Origin: an uncultured Verrucomicrobiota bacterium
GTDB lineage: Bacteria > Verrucomicrobiota > Verrucomicrobiia > Limisphaerales > UBA1100
Assembly (NCBI GenBank): GCA_964448875.1
Contig: CAYUXV010000042.1
Location: forward strand, 1 to 43,602
Length of the DNA stretch: 43,602 nucleotides
Reading direction: 5' to 3'
The position numbers and the translations under genes were made by a program. Below are positions 9,268 through 19,331 of this stretch, one piece after another. Each line of letters starts with the position of its first letter. Positions within the stretch are counted from its first letter, which is position 1. The notes beneath the pieces are model-generated. The model saw only the letters and a list, made by a program, of their open reading frames with translations. It searched no databases and was not told where the DNA came from.

Positions 9268-10086
9268 ATGTTTGCAGACCTCCATCTGCATACTAATTTT
9301 TCTGACGGGACCTTTTCACCGGAGGAAGTAGCCAGACGTGCTAAAGGTCTTGGGTTTTCCGCTATTTCTTTGACTGACCATGACACTATCGATGGTTGCT
9401 CGCGAATGCATGCCGCATGTAGTGATTTAGAAATAGAATTTATATCTGGCTGTGAATTCACCGTGGAAAGGGATGGCTGTGAATTACATATGTTAGGATA
9501 TAATCTTGATATAGAGAATGTGCGCCTCCTCCGGGTATTGCGAAAATATCAGGAGGTCCGTCGTAATCGAATCCGCGAAATAGTGATTCGTCTGAACGAT
9601 AACGGTGTTCCATTAAAAATAGAGAGAGTAATGGGATTGGCCAATTGCGATGCACCGGGACGTCCGCATGTTGGCCGGGCCTTGGTAGAGGGTGGATATT
9701 GCCGTAATATGAACGAGGCTTTTCAAAAATATCTGAAGAAAGGAAAGCCAGGGTGGGCTCCAAAAGAAATAATTTCGGCATCAACGGCGATTGACCTTAT
9801 TCATCACGCAGGCGGTGTGGCCGTGATGGCACATCCTGGTATTAATCGTATGGATAATGTTATATCAGATCTTGTATCACAGGGTATGGATGGGCTGGAG
9901 TGTTTTTATACACGGCATTCGACGGCGGTTACGGAACATTATTTGATATTGTGTGAGCAGCTAAATTTGTTGGTGACCGGAGGCAGTGACTGCCATGGAG
10001 AGAATAAGGGGCGCCCACTTATTGGTGGAGTGAAGCTGCCTTACGAATACGTGAGAAAAATTAAGACTGCCGGCAGGGCAGCATAA
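9268..10086 (+). CDS. PHP-domain phosphoesterase (TrpH/YciV-like)
   Basis: Contains FADLHLHTNFSDG, LTDHDT, AHPG and GGSDCHG motifs. The ATG at 9268 lies 1 nt after the nusB stop. The track ORF begins at 9250. Confidence 0.85.
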   Translation: MFADLHLHTNFSDGTFSPEEVARRAKGLGFSAISLTDHDTIDGCSRMHAACSDLEIEFISGCEFTVERDGCELHMLGYNLDIENVRLLRVLRKYQEVRRNRIREIVIRLNDNGVPLKIERVMGLANCDAPGRPHVGRALVEGGYCRNMNEAFQKYLKKGKPGWAPKEIISASTAIDLIHHAGGVAVMAHPGINRMDNVISDLVSQGMDGLECFYTRHSTAVTEHYLILCEQLNLLVTGGSDCHGENKGRPLIGGVKLPYEYVRKIKTAGRAA

Positions 10087-10090
10087 GAAG

Positions 10091-10996
10091 ATGGGTCTAT
10101 TTGATAAATTTAAAGCAGGACTTGCGCGTACTAAGGAAAAACTAGCGCACGAAATCAGGCGCGTGGTGACCCGCTCACCAAAATTAGATGCTGACACATT
10201 TGAGGAGCTTGAGGCCACACTTATTGCTGCAGATCTAGGAATGGCGATGACGAGTCGTATCATTGAATCTGTGCGTTTGGCATATGAAACTCAAGGCAGT
10301 GAAAGTTTAGATGTGCTTGCTATAGCAAGAAAAGAGATAGGGGAATCACTTGGCAAACAGGGCATGTTGAAGTCCAATGATGGGTTAACCGTTGTTTCTG
10401 TTGTTGGAGTCAATGGGACTGGCAAAACTACTACCTGTGCCAAGCTCGCTCATATTAATAAACATCAAGGGCATAGCGTGATGTTGGCTGCATGTGATAC
10501 TTTTCGTGCGGCTGCTCTGGAGCAGTTGAATTCTTGGGGCAAACGTCTGGACGTACCCGTTGTTAGTGGTGCTTATGGTGCCGACCCTGCGGCTGTGGGA
10601 CATGATGCCGTCACAGCTGCTTTGGCGCGTGATTTGAAATATTTGTTTATTGATACTGCGGGCCGCTTGCACACAAAAAATAATTTGATGCAGGAGCTGG
10701 AGAAGCTTCATCGAGTTGTTGGGAAAAAGCTTTCAGGGGCACCCCATGAAATACTTTTGGTTCTAGATGCTACGACAGGTATGAATGCTCTCACCCAAGC
10801 GCGCGAATTTCATAAAGCCGTGGGAGTGACAGGGCTGGTTATAACCAAACTTGATGGTACGAGCAAAGGAGGTATGGTTGTAGCTATTCAAAATGAATTG
10901 GAATTGCCTATAAAGTATATTGGGTTGGGGGAACAACCTGATGACCTGCAGCCTTTTGATGCAATGCAATACGCAGATGCACTTTTCGCAAAATGA
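10091..10996 (+). CDS. ftsY: signal recognition particle receptor FtsY
   Basis: SRP54-type GTPase with GVNGTGKTTT, DTAGRLH and TKLDGTSKGG. Short form lacking an acidic A-domain. Confidence 0.92.
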   Translation: MGLFDKFKAGLARTKEKLAHEIRRVVTRSPKLDADTFEELEATLIAADLGMAMTSRIIESVRLAYETQGSESLDVLAIARKEIGESLGKQGMLKSNDGLTVVSVVGVNGTGKTTTCAKLAHINKHQGHSVMLAACDTFRAAALEQLNSWGKRLDVPVVSGAYGADPAAVGHDAVTAALARDLKYLFIDTAGRLHTKNNLMQELEKLHRVVGKKLSGAPHEILLVLDATTGMNALTQAREFHKAVGVTGLVITKLDGTSKGGMVVAIQNELELPIKYIGLGEQPDDLQPFDAMQYADALFAK

Positions 10997-12093
10997 GTTG
11001 TTCTCGTGATGAGCATTTTATGCGAATGGCTCTATCGACTGCCCGCAAGGGATACGGTCGTACCTCTCCAAATCCAATGGTTGGCGCCATACTTGTGAAA
11101 GGAGGGCAGGTTGCTGGAATAGGATGGCATAGGCGCGCGGGGGGTGCTCATGCGGAAGTTGAAGCAATCAGGAATGCTTCTAATCCCAAAGGGAGCATTC
11201 TTTATGTGACGCTGGAACCATGCAGTACTGTTGGGAGAACACCGCCATGTACAGAAATTATTAAGAGGGCTGGTGTTAAGAGGGTTGTTGCGGCGACTGT
11301 AGATCCCAATTTGAAGCATAGAGCACGTGGTTTTGCTATGTTACGCCATAGCGGCATAGAAACAACTATGGGGGTATTGCGTAATGAAGCAGTAGAATTG
11401 AACGCGGCGTTTAATCATTGGATAGTGAAACGCACGCCATTAATCACAGTGAAGTTAGCAATGACTCTCGATGGGAGAATTGCTACAGCCAAACGAGAAT
11501 CTAAATGGATAACAGGTCCAGCAGCACGCCGGTACGGGCATTTTCTTCGTAAAGGAAGTGACGCCATTCTAGTGGGTGTAAATACCGTGATTGCTGATGA
11601 TCCCAGCTTGACGGTTAAAGGTAAATTACAGTCTCGAATGTTGAGACGAATCATACTGGATTCCAACGCGCGAATACCTTTGAATTCGAAAGTGCTTAAC
11701 GATTCTCAAGCTCGCGCTACTACAATCGTCACAACAATTAATGCTCCTAAAGAACGTGTGGCTGCATTGGCTAAGAAAGTAAATATATTGACTGCACCTG
11801 TGCGTGAAGGGCAGGTGGATTTGCAATGGTTGGTAAAGCAGCTCGGGTGTGAAGAGGTTTCTTCTTTACTTGTAGAAGGTGGTGGTCTTGTAGGTGCGTC
11901 ATTTTTTAAATCTAGATTGGCTCATCGCATTGCTTTTTTTTATGCGCCCAAAATACTAGGTGGCAACAATGCCAAAAGAGCCCTTGATGGTGACGGGGTG
12001 AATGCTCTGTGTGATGCATCAAGTCTCGAAAACACTCAATGGACCAAGATGGGCCGTGATTTGTTGTTGACGGCTCAAGTTTCAGGGGATTGA
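10993..12093 (+). CDS. ribD: bifunctional riboflavin biosynthesis deaminase/reductase RibD
   Basis: CMP/dCMP deaminase motifs HAEVEAI and TLEPCS...PPC, plus a C-terminal RibD reductase domain. ATGA overlap with ftsY. Confidence 0.92.
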   Translation: MSCSRDEHFMRMALSTARKGYGRTSPNPMVGAILVKGGQVAGIGWHRRAGGAHAEVEAIRNASNPKGSILYVTLEPCSTVGRTPPCTEIIKRAGVKRVVAATVDPNLKHRARGFAMLRHSGIETTMGVLRNEAVELNAAFNHWIVKRTPLITVKLAMTLDGRIATAKRESKWITGPAARRYGHFLRKGSDAILVGVNTVIADDPSLTVKGKLQSRMLRRIILDSNARIPLNSKVLNDSQARATTIVTTINAPKERVAALAKKVNILTAPVREGQVDLQWLVKQLGCEEVSSLLVEGGGLVGASFFKSRLAHRIAFFYAPKILGGNNAKRALDGDGVNALCDASSLENTQWTKMGRDLLLTAQVSGD

Positions 12094-12102
12094 GTTTAAC
12101 CG

Positions 12103-12702
12103 ATGTTTACTGGCATCATTGAGGAGATGGGTATCGTGGATTCCGTGCAGCCTGTTGGAGAATCAATTCGTCTAACGCTGACAATGCGCAAATGTGGTGC
12201 TGGTCTCAAAGTGGGTGATAGCTTGGCTGTAAATGGTTGTTGTCTTTCTGTCGTTAGTCTTTCTACATATGGGCGGAAAAAGACTGCACAGTTTGATCTT
12301 CTAAAAGAGACCTGGGACAGGACTAATCTCCAGTTTGTGCGATCTGCTTCCTTGGTGAATCTTGAGCGCAGTCTAGAGGCTGGTGGCCGTATGGGAGGAC
12401 ATTTTGTAACTGGGCATATCGATGGAACTGGAAAAATACTAAAGTGGGAAAAGGTCAGAGATGACTATCAACTTGAAATTGGGGCGGCTCCAGAAGTGAT
12501 GCGTTATATTGTCCTTAAAGGCTCAGTTGCTGTGGATGGAATTAGTCTTACGGTAGCATCGGTAAGCAAAGAGTCTTTCGGCATTTGGATTATACCTCTA
12601 ACTCATAAAATGACGGCTTTAGGTGAACGTGCAGTAGGTGACTCGGTGAATCTAGAATCAGATATTCTCGGAAAATATGTCGAACGATTTGCTAGGAAAT
12701 AA
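12103..12702 (+). CDS. ribE: riboflavin synthase alpha chain
   Basis: Contains MFTGIIEEMG, duplicated lumazine-binding repeats (GDSLAVNGCCLSV / GSVAVDGISLTV) and NLE..DILGKY. Confidence 0.92.
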   Translation: MFTGIIEEMGIVDSVQPVGESIRLTLTMRKCGAGLKVGDSLAVNGCCLSVVSLSTYGRKKTAQFDLLKETWDRTNLQFVRSASLVNLERSLEAGGRMGGHFVTGHIDGTGKILKWEKVRDDYQLEIGAAPEVMRYIVLKGSVAVDGISLTVASVSKESFGIWIIPLTHKMTALGERAVGDSVNLESDILGKYVERFARK

Positions 12703-12725
12703 CATGTAGAAAGCTGTGCGAAGAG

Positions 12726-13733
12726 CTAAATTGGTTTTCCCGTGCTCTCTCTGATAATCAGTTCTGCGGTTAACCTTTTGCTGCCGCCGCTTTTTCCTTT
12801 AAGAAGGTTTATCATCGTATCCATTGAGGCAATGCCCCTGCGATATTTAGGCTGGCTAATGGTTGTGAGTGGCACACGATAATTTTCTGCGTTCAAAATA
12901 TCTCCAAATCCCACCAACGAGATGTCATCGGGAATTTTGAGGCCCTGATCGATAAGCACGTTGGCAGCGCCGATTGCTACTAAGTCATTTGCGGCGATAA
13001 TGGCGGTGGCTCCCGGTCGCTCATTGATTAGTTGGAGTGCTGCTTTTTCTCCTTCTTCAATTGTGCTTCCCGCTTGGAATATTAGTTTTTCGTCAATTTC
13101 CATGCCGGCATCAACAAGTGTTTTGCGATAACCTTCATAACGTTCCTGTGCCCATGGTGAAAAAGAAGGGCCCGTGAAGCATGCGATTGCTTGGTGGCCA
13201 AGTTCGAGCAGGTGTTGTGTGGCCGTTTGAGCCGCGGTCAGATCATTGGTTTGTACATTGGGAAATTCGCTACAGAAGAGCGCGCGGTGGCCAAGGATGA
13301 CGGTGGGAGTTCCATTCTTTTTTAATTTGTCATATATCGGAGCACGATTGTCAGAACGATAGACTGGCCGAATAAACAAACCGTCCACTTGCCGTGCGAG
13401 CATGCGTCGGATAACAAGTTCCTCTCGGGCGGGGTTGTTCAATGTTTGGGCGAAAAGAATCTCGTAGCCCATCTCATGTGCTTGTTCCTCAATGGCCATC
13501 ATCACACGCGTATAAAGTGGATTGGTAAGTGCGGAGATAATAAGAGCAAATTGAGAAGTTGTGCTGGTGCGCAATCCTCTTGCTGAATGATTTGGCACAT
13601 ATCCTTTTTCCTCGGCGATGGCACGGATACGGGTCTTAGTGGTGGCTGCAATATCTGGTTCGTTGCGCAGAGCCTTGGAGACGGGCATCACTGAAACGTC
13701 TGCCTGTACGGCTATGTCTTTTAACCGTATCAT
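12726..13733 (-). CDS. LacI family transcriptional regulator
   Basis: N-terminal HTH (MIRLKDIAVQADVSVMPVSKALRN...) plus a periplasmic-binding-protein-like sugar-binding core. The start at 13733 overlaps the nadK stop as ATGA. Confidence 0.85.
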   Translation of the reverse strand: MIRLKDIAVQADVSVMPVSKALRNEPDIAATTKTRIRAIAEEKGYVPNHSARGLRTSTTSQFALIISALTNPLYTRVMMAIEEQAHEMGYEILFAQTLNNPAREELVIRRMLARQVDGLFIRPVYRSDNRAPIYDKLKKNGTPTVILGHRALFCSEFPNVQTNDLTAAQTATQHLLELGHQAIACFTGPSFSPWAQERYEGYRKTLVDAGMEIDEKLIFQAGSTIEEGEKAALQLINERPGATAIIAANDLVAIGAANVLIDQGLKIPDDISLVGFGDILNAENYRVPLTTISQPKYRRGIASMDTMINLLKGKSGGSKRLTAELIIRESTGKPI

Positions 13734-14614
13734 ATGTGAGAGCCGCTCCATTGAAGCTTGTGTCGCAGTGTCTCAAAGAAAGAACGGCCTTCAAGCCGGA
13801 TTAGTCGAGCTTTCTGGTGGCTTCGTTTTAGGGTTACGGTGTCGCCAATAGCTAACTCGGTTTTAAACCTGCCGTCCGTATTTAAATATGTATCAGCACG
13901 GTTATCCATAATTTGTACGGTAATGGTCGATTTTATGCTGACAATTACCGAGCGGTTAGAAAGCGTGTGTGGGCAAATTGGGGTGATGGCAAAAACTTCA
14001 GCGTCAGGAGCCAGCACCGCGCCTCCCGCGGCAAGAGAATAAGCGGTGGAGCCTGCAGGAGTGCTGATGATAATTCCATCACAGCGATACCGAGTTAACT
14101 GTTCGCCATCTACGGCAACTGTTGCCTCAATCAGTCGTGGAATAGTTCCGCGGCTGATTACAACATCGTTTACAGCCAGATGTTTCGCGTTAGTGTCATT
14201 TGGGGAAACAGAAGCGTCGATCATTGAAAGTGAATCAATTGTGTATTGTTCATTCCACAACTTATTAAGAGAAAGTGTTAGTTTTTTTGCTGAGGCGGCT
14301 GTAAGAAAACCAAGGCCACCCATGTTGAAACCCATGAAAGGTGTGCCTATGCCCGCTGCCTCGCGCGCCACGCGCAGCATCGTGCCATCTCCACCAAAAA
14401 CCAAAAGCAGGTCACACACTTTTGCCAGTGATGCGGCATCGGTCAATACTTCAGCTTTGCTTATCCCGATATCAGCGGTAGCTTGGTCCACCAACATAAC
14501 GCGACCTGTTTTGGTGATGGACCGAGCTGCCTGCTTAAGCACCGTGGCGCTTTTTACCTTGTCGGGATTGGCAATGAGGCCAACACGTTCAATTTTTTTA
14601 AGTGGTTTTTTCAA
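13730..14614 (-). CDS. nadK: NAD(+) kinase
   Basis: Contains the GGDGTMLR motif and, at the C-terminus, STPAGSTAYSLAAGG. Confidence 0.92.
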   Translation of the reverse strand: MKKPLKKIERVGLIANPDKVKSATVLKQAARSITKTGRVMLVDQATADIGISKAEVLTDAASLAKVCDLLLVFGGDGTMLRVAREAAGIGTPFMGFNMGGLGFLTAASAKKLTLSLNKLWNEQYTIDSLSMIDASVSPNDTNAKHLAVNDVVISRGTIPRLIEATVAVDGEQLTRYRCDGIIISTPAGSTAYSLAAGGAVLAPDAEVFAITPICPHTLSNRSVIVSIKSTITVQIMDNRADTYLNTDGRFKTELAIGDTVTLKRSHQKARLIRLEGRSFFETLRHKLQWSGSHI

Positions 14615-15362
14615 TCAAAGCCAAAAATTCAATGTTACCAGCCGGACCTTTAAGGGGGCTTCTTGTGTTGTCCACCCAAATCACAGTGGTTTGATTGGCG
14701 ACAAACTCCCTCAGCTCATCGAGAACTCGCTCGTGAATGGCGGGATCACTGATAACGCCTCCGCCCTTGTCAGCCTCTGCTTTTCCTGCCTCAAACTGCG
14801 GCTTTACCAATGCGATAATTTTCCCTCCTCTTCTCACCAATGAGAATGCAGCTGGCAAGATTTTTGAAAGGGAGATGAACGAGCAGTCTATGGTTACTAT
14901 GTCAGCGAGTTGAAATTTGTTGGGCATTTTCGATGGCGAGAGAAAACGTGCGTTGGTTTTTTCCATAACGACCACACGATGGTCGTTTCGTAACGTCCAT
15001 GCGAGCTGGCCTTTGCCTACATCAACAGCAAAGACCATTTGTGCTCCGTGTTGCAATAGGCAATCCGTGAAGCCGCCAGTAGATGCTCCAAGGTCGATTG
15101 CTGTTGCGCCGTTTGCGTCTATTTTAAATTGTTCAAGGGCATGTTCGAGTTTATGTCCGCCTCGGCTAACAAATTTTTCTCCCTCAACAATTTCCACCTC
15201 ATCACCAGTGTTGGCTGGGTCGCTAGGTTTGCGTGCCACTTGCCCAAAGTGGCGCACGCGTCCGGCCATTATTAATCGTTTTGCCTGTTCACGGCTTGTG
15301 CATAGACCTCTTTTAAACAGCAATTGATCAAGTCGCCTAATTGTTTCTGGCGTTGTGTTCAT
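14598..15362 (-). CDS. tlyA: TlyA family rRNA (cytidine-2'-O)-methyltransferase
   Basis: S4-like N-terminus (RLDQLLFKRGLCTSREQAKRLI) plus an FtsJ fold (DLGASTGGFTDCLLQHGA). Met at 15362 (MNTTPE) is preferred over the track start at 15434. Confidence 0.85.
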   Translation of the reverse strand: MNTTPETIRRLDQLLFKRGLCTSREQAKRLIMAGRVRHFGQVARKPSDPANTGDEVEIVEGEKFVSRGGHKLEHALEQFKIDANGATAIDLGASTGGFTDCLLQHGAQMVFAVDVGKGQLAWTLRNDHRVVVMEKTNARFLSPSKMPNKFQLADIVTIDCSFISLSKILPAAFSLVRRGGKIIALVKPQFEAGKAEADKGGGVISDPAIHERVLDELREFVANQTTVIWVDNTRSPLKGPAGNIEFLALIEKTT

Positions 15363-15396
15363 TGAGCGGCAATAATTAGGAAAATTTATTAGAAAA

Positions 15397-16500
15397 ATGC
15401 GCCAATCGCAAGCAATGAACACTGCGGTCATCATGATTCGTAGCGAGATTGAGAAACGTGGTGTAATATCTTTTGCACATTTTATGGCGCTATCCCTGTA
15501 TGCGCCTGGGGCTGGTTATTACGAATCCAGCCAACGTATTGGGCGTTCAGGAGATTATTTTACGAGTGTTAGTTCCGGGTCTTTGTATGGAGAGTTGCTG
15601 GGATTTCAATTTGCTGAATGGCTTGAGGATAACGGTTGTATGGACATCGTTGAGGGCGGCGCACATGACGGTCAATTGGCATTAGACGTTCTTAATTACT
15701 TACAAGAATACAGATTGGATTTATTTAGTGAGTTGCGATATCTGCTGATTGAGCCATCGGCAACACGTCGAAAGTGGCAGGAGAAGAAATTGGAATCATA
15801 TGCTGACCAGGTAACATGGCATACTGGCTGGAAGAGTCTGACTAAAAATAATGTGCGTGGCATTATCTATGGGAATGAATTGATGGATGCTTTTCCGGTT
15901 CATCGTCTTGGCTGGGACAAACAACAACAAAAATGGTTCGAGTGGGGTGTTATTGCTGACGGTGAGGGCTTTGGTTGGAAACGTATGACTAAACCAGCCT
16001 TGAAGTCATTGCGTAACGGAACTTTCCAAGTGCCGTATGAACTGCGCCAACATTTACCAGAAAATTTTGTTACGATATCTAGCCCAGAAGCGGCCGATTG
16101 GTGGCACGAAGCGGCTTGTCGTTTAGGTAAAGGCAAACTCCTAGCCATTGATTATGGATTGGATGCTGAATCGTTTTTTGCTCCAGAGCGAATAGATGGC
16201 ACATTGCGAGCTTTTAAAGAACACAAGTTGATCGGAAACCTTCTTGCTAATCCTGGGGAGCAGGACATCACAGCATCAGTTAATTTTACCGTATTGAGAA
16301 CAATGGGAGAATTAGCCGGTTTGTGTTCAAGGCCGGTGATAACTCAGGAAAAATTTTTGACGCGTGTGTTTGAGCGAACCCTGTCCAAATCGGGCAAATT
16401 TCCAGAATGGACAGAAGGACGTCGGCGTCAGTTCAAAACTCTAATTCACCCTGAACATTTTGGCCGGCAATTCCGTGTGCTTGAACAATCGCGCGGTTGA
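15397..16500 (+). CDS. class I SAM-dependent methyltransferase, MidA/NDUFAF7 (DUF185) family
   Basis: Contains FAHFMALSLYAPGAGYY, IVEGGAHDGQLA, GNELMDAFPVH and DYG blocks. The exact start (15397, 15415 or 15433) is uncertain. Confidence 0.78.
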   Translation: MRQSQAMNTAVIMIRSEIEKRGVISFAHFMALSLYAPGAGYYESSQRIGRSGDYFTSVSSGSLYGELLGFQFAEWLEDNGCMDIVEGGAHDGQLALDVLNYLQEYRLDLFSELRYLLIEPSATRRKWQEKKLESYADQVTWHTGWKSLTKNNVRGIIYGNELMDAFPVHRLGWDKQQQKWFEWGVIADGEGFGWKRMTKPALKSLRNGTFQVPYELRQHLPENFVTISSPEAADWWHEAACRLGKGKLLAIDYGLDAESFFAPERIDGTLRAFKEHKLIGNLLANPGEQDITASVNFTVLRTMGELAGLCSRPVITQEKFLTRVFERTLSKSGKFPEWTEGRRRQFKTLIHPEHFGRQFRVLEQSRG

Positions 16501-16515
16501 ATCACGCAAACTATT

Positions 16516-17838
16516 TTATAGTCCTTTAACTTCCCAACCTTTGCGGTATTCGCGCCTTACATGAACGGTGGCATTCTTGTTATTGCTGAAAGTCAATTTA
16601 TCGGCGTCCCATTGCAACTCTTCCTTTGGGAAGCGCGTGGCTATACCGCCGAGCAGGATTGCTTCGGTCATTGGACCTGAATAGTTGAAATTTGCCGAGG
16701 TCTTTCCTTCTCCGCGTGATGCGTTGATAAAAGATTCCCAGTGGTTGACGCCCGTAATCTCTGGCCGTTTGAAGTCCTTATATTTGTCTTCAGGCAAAAG
16801 GATGGCTTTTCCGACATGGGGAATAATCATGTGACCCTTTGTGCCGAAGAGCACAGATCCCTGGCCAGGCAAGCCTCGGCCAATCCTTTTTTGTACATCA
16901 GCATCAGGGCGTTGGTCGCCGTCGTACCAGGTTACATTAATGGTTTTGCCTTCAGTGTATTTTGTGCCGGGAAAGACGTAGTGAATCTTAGCGTTAATAT
17001 TCCAGCTATGTGAGTTGGCAACCGGAGCAGGTCCTTCACTGCGTATGCTGAGAGGTGCTGTTAATCCAACAGCACCGTACATCGGATCATAGATGTGGCA
17101 GCCCATATCGCCAAAGGTTCCTGTTCCATAATCGAGGCGCTTACGCCAATTGCCGGGGTGGTAATAGCCTTTAATAAAGTCATTTTTTGGGGCTATTCCA
17201 CACCATGCGTCCCAATTCATTCCTGCCGGCACTTTATCTTTTCTGTTTGGCCGAGAGCTTGTATCGCCCCATTTTTTGCTGCTCCAAGTGTGCACTTCGG
17301 TAACCTTACCAATTGCACCTTGGTGGACAAGTTCGACAGCTTCCCGATAAACTTGGCTGGAGTGGACTTGGATTCCCATTTGAGTGGTTAAGTTATTTTC
17401 TGCTGCAAATTCCCTAAGTTTACGGCTTTCAAAAACATCATGTGTCAATGGTTTTTGAACATAGACATGTTTGCCAAGTTGCATCGCACTCATGGCAATC
17501 GGTCCGTGCATATGATCTGGGGTAGAAACATTGGCTGTGTCGAAATTTTTGGCCTCCTTATCTAATAACTCACGCCAGTCCGTGTAGCGCTTAGCTTTGG
17601 GAAATTTGTTGGCAAAACGATTCTGGCGAGCAGGATCGATCTCTGCACAGGCGATCATCTCAACATTGGAAACTCCAGAAATTGCGTTGAGATCGGCAAA
17701 AGCCATACCGTTGCCTCCAAAGCTAACGTGGCGTACGGCTGAATTTGGTGACTTGGCCCAAGAGCGAGTGGCTACATAGGGAAAGGCAAGAGCACAGGTG
17801 GCTAAAAAGGAACGGCGGTTGATGGCGGTCAATTTCAT
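16516..17838 (-). CDS. Gfo/Idh/MocA family oxidoreductase with twin-arginine signal (GH109-like architecture)
   Basis: N-terminal NRRSFLATCALAFPYVATRSWA is a TAT-type signal. It is followed by a Rossmann segment (VRHVSFGGNGMAF...) and STPDHMH. Confidence 0.8.
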   Translation of the reverse strand: MKLTAINRRSFLATCALAFPYVATRSWAKSPNSAVRHVSFGGNGMAFADLNAISGVSNVEMIACAEIDPARQNRFANKFPKAKRYTDWRELLDKEAKNFDTANVSTPDHMHGPIAMSAMQLGKHVYVQKPLTHDVFESRKLREFAAENNLTTQMGIQVHSSQVYREAVELVHQGAIGKVTEVHTWSSKKWGDTSSRPNRKDKVPAGMNWDAWCGIAPKNDFIKGYYHPGNWRKRLDYGTGTFGDMGCHIYDPMYGAVGLTAPLSIRSEGPAPVANSHSWNINAKIHYVFPGTKYTEGKTINVTWYDGDQRPDADVQKRIGRGLPGQGSVLFGTKGHMIIPHVGKAILLPEDKYKDFKRPEITGVNHWESFINASRGEGKTSANFNYSGPMTEAILLGGIATRFPKEELQWDADKLTFSNNKNATVHVRREYRKGWEVKGL

Positions 17839-17903
17839 GCCTCGAGTTTGGCTGTTTTGTGTGCGTTTGCAATCACATTTGACTTCCCATAACCTGTCCT
17901 CAC

Positions 17904-19331
17904 ATGACCGAACAGCCCAATATCATTTTCGTCATCACCGATCAACAGCGTTATGATACCATTAACGCTCTGGGTTTTCCGCACGTTGATACTCCAAATA
18001 TGGATCGTCTCGTAAGGGAGGGGGTTTCTTTTGAAAATTGTTTTGTTACTGCACCGTCCTGTGCCAGTTCGCGAGCCAGTCTGTTTACAGGGTTTTATCC
18101 GCATACAACTGGTATTTTGAAAAATGCCGATTCATGGCGACGAAGTTGGGTGGAATTACTAAATGAGCGCGGCTACCATTGTGTAAATGTCGGGAAAATG
18201 CACACATGGCCGTATGATGCGCCTGCGGGTTTTAATGAGCGGTATGTGGTTGAAAACAAAGATCGCTACCTGGAGGGACGTTACTTTTTTGATGAGTGGG
18301 ATAAAGCACTTGCGGCGCGTGGATTGGTCAAGCAACAGCGCGAATTGTATCGTGAGCGCGATGACTATAACAAAAGTCTGGGAGCTTTCACATGGGATCT
18401 GCCCGAAGAGACTCATTCGGACTTTTTTGTCGGAGATTTCGCTAAGTGGTGGTTAAAAAATAAGCCCATCGAGAAGCCGCTTTTCTTACAGATTGGCTTT
18501 CCCGGGCCACATCCTCCATACGACCCAGTGCCCCGTCATTTAGACAAATATATAGATCGTGAGCTGCCACTACAGGAAGTAAATGGAGCGGATCTTGAGA
18601 GTCAACCGCCGCCTTTCAAGATCATGCGTCAGCACAACGTAGATGTTGATCATGATTCAGTGGTGCACGATCTAAATCCCTCGTATGAGCAACGCTTGCG
18701 TCAGCGGCGTCATTATCTAGCTAATGTGTCAATGATTGATGAGAAGCTGGGCGAACTTATTGATACACTGGAAAAGCAAGGGATACTCAAGAACTCGGTG
18801 GTTATTTTTACAAGCGACCATGGCGATTGCCTTACCGACCATGGACACAGTCAAAAATGGACGATGTACGATGCTATTGTGAGGGTGCCATTGATGGTGT
18901 GGTCGCCAGATCTTTTCAAAGGCAACAGGAAAGTTAATGGGTTGATGCAGTCCATGGATATGGGTGCAGCAATTCTTGAAATTGCTGGCGTCACGGTCCC
19001 ATCTAGTTTTGAGGCAAAATCAATATTGCCTGTGCTAAAGGGGGAAGAATGGGTTGGGCGTCCGTATGTTTTTGCTGAGCAGGTAAAGGATGGAATTTAC
19101 ACTGATGGGCCATTTATGACTATGGTACGAAACCACGAATGGAAACTTGTACATTTTCTAGATGCGGATTACGGCCAACTTTTCAATCTGCAAAACGATC
19201 CAGAGGAAATGCACAATCTTTGGGACGCCTCTGATCAAATTGCCACAAAACGCGAGTTGCTTGACGTATTGCGTGAATGGCATATCCGTAGCCAGGTTCA
19301 TACGGCGAATTGGGCGGAGGATTGGCGATGA
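17904..19331 (+). CDS. sulfatase family protein (arylsulfatase-like), no signal peptide
   Basis: Contains NIIFVITDQQRYD, APSCASSRASLFTGFYPHTTG and FTSDHGD motifs. The N-terminus starts directly with the catalytic-domain beta-strand. Confidence 0.85.
   Translation: MTEQPNIIFVITDQQRYDTINALGFPHVDTPNMDRLVREGVSFENCFVTAPSCASSRASLFTGFYPHTTGILKNADSWRRSWVELLNERGYHCVNVGKMHTWPYDAPAGFNERYVVENKDRYLEGRYFFDEWDKALAARGLVKQQRELYRERDDYNKSLGAFTWDLPEETHSDFFVGDFAKWWLKNKPIEKPLFLQIGFPGPHPPYDPVPRHLDKYIDRELPLQEVNGADLESQPPPFKIMRQHNVDVDHDSVVHDLNPSYEQRLRQRRHYLANVSMIDEKLGELIDTLEKQGILKNSVVIFTSDHGDCLTDHGHSQKWTMYDAIVRVPLMVWSPDLFKGNRKVNGLMQSMDMGAAILEIAGVTVPSSFEAKSILPVLKGEEWVGRPYVFAEQVKDGIYTDGPFMTMVRNHEWKLVHFLDADYGQLFNLQNDPEEMHNLWDASDQIATKRELLDVLREWHIRSQVHTANWAEDWR

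Noticed and set aside
10900-11000. Expected FMN riboswitch before ribD and purine riboswitch before guaA
   Set aside because: ribD overlaps ftsY (ATGA), so there is no leader. The region upstream of guaA (42067-42175) shows none of the conserved purine-riboswitch junction sequences.
14046-14843. 265-aa + strand ORF spanning the nadK/tlyA junction, plus 14917..15327 (136 aa)
   Set aside because: It is antisense to two well-supported genes. Its Ser/Ala/Arg/Pro-rich low-complexity composition is typical of the mirror frame of real coding sequence, and it has no recognisable motifs.
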